From positions 1-61,019 of the forward strand of contig JBMYQB010000006.1 of assembly GCA_049600935.1 (NCBI GenBank): a stretch of 61,019 nucleotides of DNA. The letters are read 5' to 3'. The notes under the pieces are model-generated. The model did not search any database. It was not told the origin of the DNA and saw nothing but the letters and a program-made list of their open reading frames with translations. Every line of letters begins with the position of its first letter. Position 1 is the stretch's first letter. The DNA is from Poseidonia sp. Lineage in GTDB: Archaea > Thermoplasmatota > Poseidoniia > Poseidoniales > Poseidoniaceae. Below, piece after piece: positions 58,575-61,019 of the stretch. The position numbers and the translations under genes are program-made.

Positions 58575-60527
58575 ATGACACACCGACTGTCTGCACCTTT
58601 CCTCGCCGTCCTGCTTGCGCTCCTGATGGTGGGAATTACCTCTGCGCCCGTGTTCACAGCCTTCCATGATGCCCCGCTGGTATCCTCTGCGGAAGGTCGC
58701 CAAGAAACCTTGGACGTCGATTGCAGCGGCTACTCGTTTGAAGACCTGTTTGAATACGATTTTGCCCTGTTTGAACTCAACATTCTCGACGACTGGGCGA
58801 CGGGCGACATGTACGCCAATGCTTGGGTGAACGGTTCCAATTCGGCCATCGTTCGAGACAACCTTGACGGCTTGTTCGAGGGGCTGCCGGGCGGCGATAA
58901 CGAGTGGATCAGCACCGATGAACGAGATGCTGTTCGCAGCATCGGACCGAAGTGCATCGCCGACATGGAAACCCGACTTGGCATGCGAGAAGGCATTCCC
59001 CATTCTGGAAGCGTGGACTGGAACGACTTCGAATTCGTTGAGGATGGAATTGCACTCGATGAGGTCAATCTGGTTCCTGATGGTCACCAAGACGCCCGCT
59101 CCTGCACCAACTTTGGTGCCGACCAGGACTGCAAAGAAGTGCCCACGTCAACCACCGACGATATGGAAATCAGCCTCTTCGTAGCCGACGGTCAAACCAA
59201 CAACGTTCGATGGGACCAGCTCCCGAACAGCGGCGTTTCCAATTTCACGCTCGCCATGAACATCAGCAACATGAGCGATGCTGCTTTGGTGGTCACCTTC
59301 CCGGTGCTGTCCGGTCTGCGGATGTACGACTTCAGAGTGGTTGACAATCAACCCGAAAGCGGCCAGACGTGCGACCACATCGGTGAGCCGTCCTTTGTTT
59401 ACCTGCCCGACGGCGCCTTGAAAGTCACGCAATTGGTCTCGTTTGACCGAACGCAGTGGGATTTGGTGTGCAACATGTTCATGGATTTCACGACCCAAGA
59501 ACCCGAAACCAACGATGCACCCGCATGGACGGCTCAAGCACCGGAGAACGGTACGAAGATTCCGACCTCGGGAGCAGGTACTTGGCGCTTTGCCACGGCA
59601 GAAACCGGAAATGCTTGGGCCCTTGACAACGATGGATGGTCCCTACAATGCGCCTTTGACGACAACGGATGGGGCGTCTCCACGAACGTCCTGGGTGATT
59701 TCTTCATCACACAGCCCGAAGGAGCGACACAAACCTCAGCCACCTGTCATGCCGTTGACCCGTTGGGTGCCGTGGATGAAAACGACTCGAGAACCTGGAC
59801 CTTTGGTACGCTCTACACCGCCACGGGTACGGTGGATGAGGACGGTAAGAACGCAAGGCTCACCATCACTTCGTCCGGCCTCGTGAGTGAATTTTTGTTC
59901 TCGGCAAAGGCACTTCAAAACGGCCAGTTGGGAGGTACCGGTGATACGATCACCGTCGCATCGACCCCCGTCACCACGGCCGTAAGCCTGACCAGCATCC
60001 GCCCGGGTTCCTTTGAATTCAGCGTGATGGCCGAAGCCACCAACATGCTCGACCATGCTGCAGAAATCTCACTGGGCTTGACCAAACCAAACTCACCTCC
60101 CGTCGTTTCCGTAGCGGTGAACTTCGACGGAGAAAACGCCACCTGGGACGAAAGCCAACTGAAGTTTGAGATGTTCGGCTTGGTATCCGACCCCGATTTG
60201 GAAGCCGTTACCATGAGCCTCACCATCTGCGGTGCTGACTATCAGGGCTTCACCATCGACGGCATCAATTGGGTGGTTGAAGTCTCAACGGCCATCTGCA
60301 TGGCCAACGGCTTGACCGACTACGACGTCGTCATCACGGCCGTAGACGAGTCGGGTGCGACCACACAACTCGCTGTGGCGATTCCTGCGCCTCTGGTCGA
60401 AGATGCGACCACCATTGCCCCCAGTCCTTCGGACGTGGAGGACGGTGCCTTGCCTTCCATCTCTTTCCTCACCACGGTGTGCATGCTCGGTGCCGCTGTC
60501 GCACTTCGTCGGAAAGACGATGATTAA
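58575..60527 (+). CDS. Secreted acidic surface glycoprotein with PGF-CTERM-like C-terminal anchor
   Basis: Signal peptide; D/T-rich beta domains; many NxS/T sequons; C-terminus P/T/D linker, GALPSISF, TM helix, RRK. Confidence 0.75.
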   Translation: MTHRLSAPFLAVLLALLMVGITSAPVFTAFHDAPLVSSAEGRQETLDVDCSGYSFEDLFEYDFALFELNILDDWATGDMYANAWVNGSNSAIVRDNLDGLFEGLPGGDNEWISTDERDAVRSIGPKCIADMETRLGMREGIPHSGSVDWNDFEFVEDGIALDEVNLVPDGHQDARSCTNFGADQDCKEVPTSTTDDMEISLFVADGQTNNVRWDQLPNSGVSNFTLAMNISNMSDAALVVTFPVLSGLRMYDFRVVDNQPESGQTCDHIGEPSFVYLPDGALKVTQLVSFDRTQWDLVCNMFMDFTTQEPETNDAPAWTAQAPENGTKIPTSGAGTWRFATAETGNAWALDNDGWSLQCAFDDNGWGVSTNVLGDFFITQPEGATQTSATCHAVDPLGAVDENDSRTWTFGTLYTATGTVDEDGKNARLTITSSGLVSEFLFSAKALQNGQLGGTGDTITVASTPVTTAVSLTSIRPGSFEFSVMAEATNMLDHAAEISLGLTKPNSPPVVSVAVNFDGENATWDESQLKFEMFGLVSDPDLEAVTMSLTICGADYQGFTIDGINWVVEVSTAICMANGLTDYDVVITAVDESGATTQLAVAIPAPLVEDATTIAPSPSDVEDGALPSISFLTTVCMLGAAVALRRKDDD

Positions 60528-60575
60528 ACCGACAACACCAAAAAGCGATGGTCGCAGGCCGAATTGGGTCTTGGG

Positions 60576-61019
60576 ATGTTTACTGGCACCGTTGAAGCAC
60601 GCAGTCACGAAGGTGGCTTGCTCGTGCATTTTGAGGGGTCATCCCCCGCACTGAACGCCATTATGATCCGCTCTGACGATGGAACCTACATCGGAAAGGT
60701 GGACGGCGTCATTGGAAATACGGACCATCCTCTCGCTCACATTGCCCACATTGACCGGTCACTCGACATGGACGCCTTGATTGGCGTGGACGTCACCGTC
60801 CGACCAAAGAAAAAGCGTGAGGAACGAACGGATTCACGCCGCCAAGACGATCGTAGAGGCGAACGGGACAACAACCGAGGCTATCGAAACGACCGTGGTG
60901 GCCGAGACAACAACCGTGGCTATCAAAACGACCGTGGTGGCCGAGACAACAACCGTGGCTATCGAAACGACCGTGGTGGCCGAGACAACAACCGTGGCTA
61001 TCGAAACGACCGTGGTGGC
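60576..61019 (+). CDS. gar1: Partial Gar1/Naf1-like H/ACA RNP protein with RGG tandem-repeat tail (runs off the window end)
   Basis: MFTGTVEARSHEGGLLVHF...YIGKVDGVIGNTDHPLAHI...LIGVDVTV, then (RDNNRGYRNDRGG)n. Absent from the ORF track because there is no stop inside the window. Confidence 0.65.
   Translation, partial: MFTGTVEARSHEGGLLVHFEGSSPALNAIMIRSDDGTYIGKVDGVIGNTDHPLAHIAHIDRSLDMDALIGVDVTVRPKKKREERTDSRRQDDRRGERDNNRGYRNDRGGRDNNRGYQNDRGGRDNNRGYRNDRGGRDNNRGYRNDRGG
60864..61019 (+). repeat. Coding tandem repeat, 39-bp unit, at least 4 copies, truncated by the window end
   Basis: Unit CGAGACAACAACCGTGGCTATCGAAACGACCGTGGTGGC. Differences are synonymous except one CGA to CAA (R to Q). Confidence 0.97.

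Noticed and set aside
60864-61019. Direct repeats as a CRISPR array
   Set aside because: Units are contiguous with no unique spacers, the 39-bp period keeps frame and encodes RGG repeats, and no cas genes are present.

Overview
Compact, gene-dense archaeal chromosome segment with about 50 CDS (two cut off by the window edges) and one tRNA-Gly(GCC). No rRNA, CRISPR array or mobile element is visible. Archaeal markers (Alba, Bud32, thermosome, Cdc48, NcsA, Gar1-like protein, TATA boxes) sit alongside bacterial-type DnaK, ThrRS, NadA, HMG-CoA synthase and succinate dehydrogenase, plus secreted peptidases and acidic surface proteins. I infer Thermoplasmatota, probably Marine Group II (Ca. Poseidoniales). 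Housekeeping content includes rdgB, crcB, nadA, bud32, mrp, arsC, alba, pepA, dnaK, thermosome, HMGS, tdh, pyrG, cobB, NAD kinase, thrS, pyrBI, ncsA, cdc48, ALDH, sdhCAB and an ABC exporter. The strongest candidates for undescribed biology are: (1) an operon of a Roadblock protein, a 1057-aa DUF2226-like/Roadblock/coiled-coil protein and a small membrane protein, preceded by an AT-rich palindrome array with mini-ORB-like sites; (2) a cysteine-free Mrp/ApbC whose CxxC is replaced by an Ig-like insert, followed by a CPCxxC DUF971 protein; (3) an agmatinase, SpeD-fold and DHS-like operon that reads as an arginine-to-homospermidine pathway; (4) a mycobacterial Sdh1-like, probably heme-less SDH; (5) a Gar1-like protein with a 13-aa RGG tandem repeat; (6) an Aur1/IPC-synthase-like enzyme fused to a beta-propeller. 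All family assignments come from recognising motifs by eye; no database searches were run.
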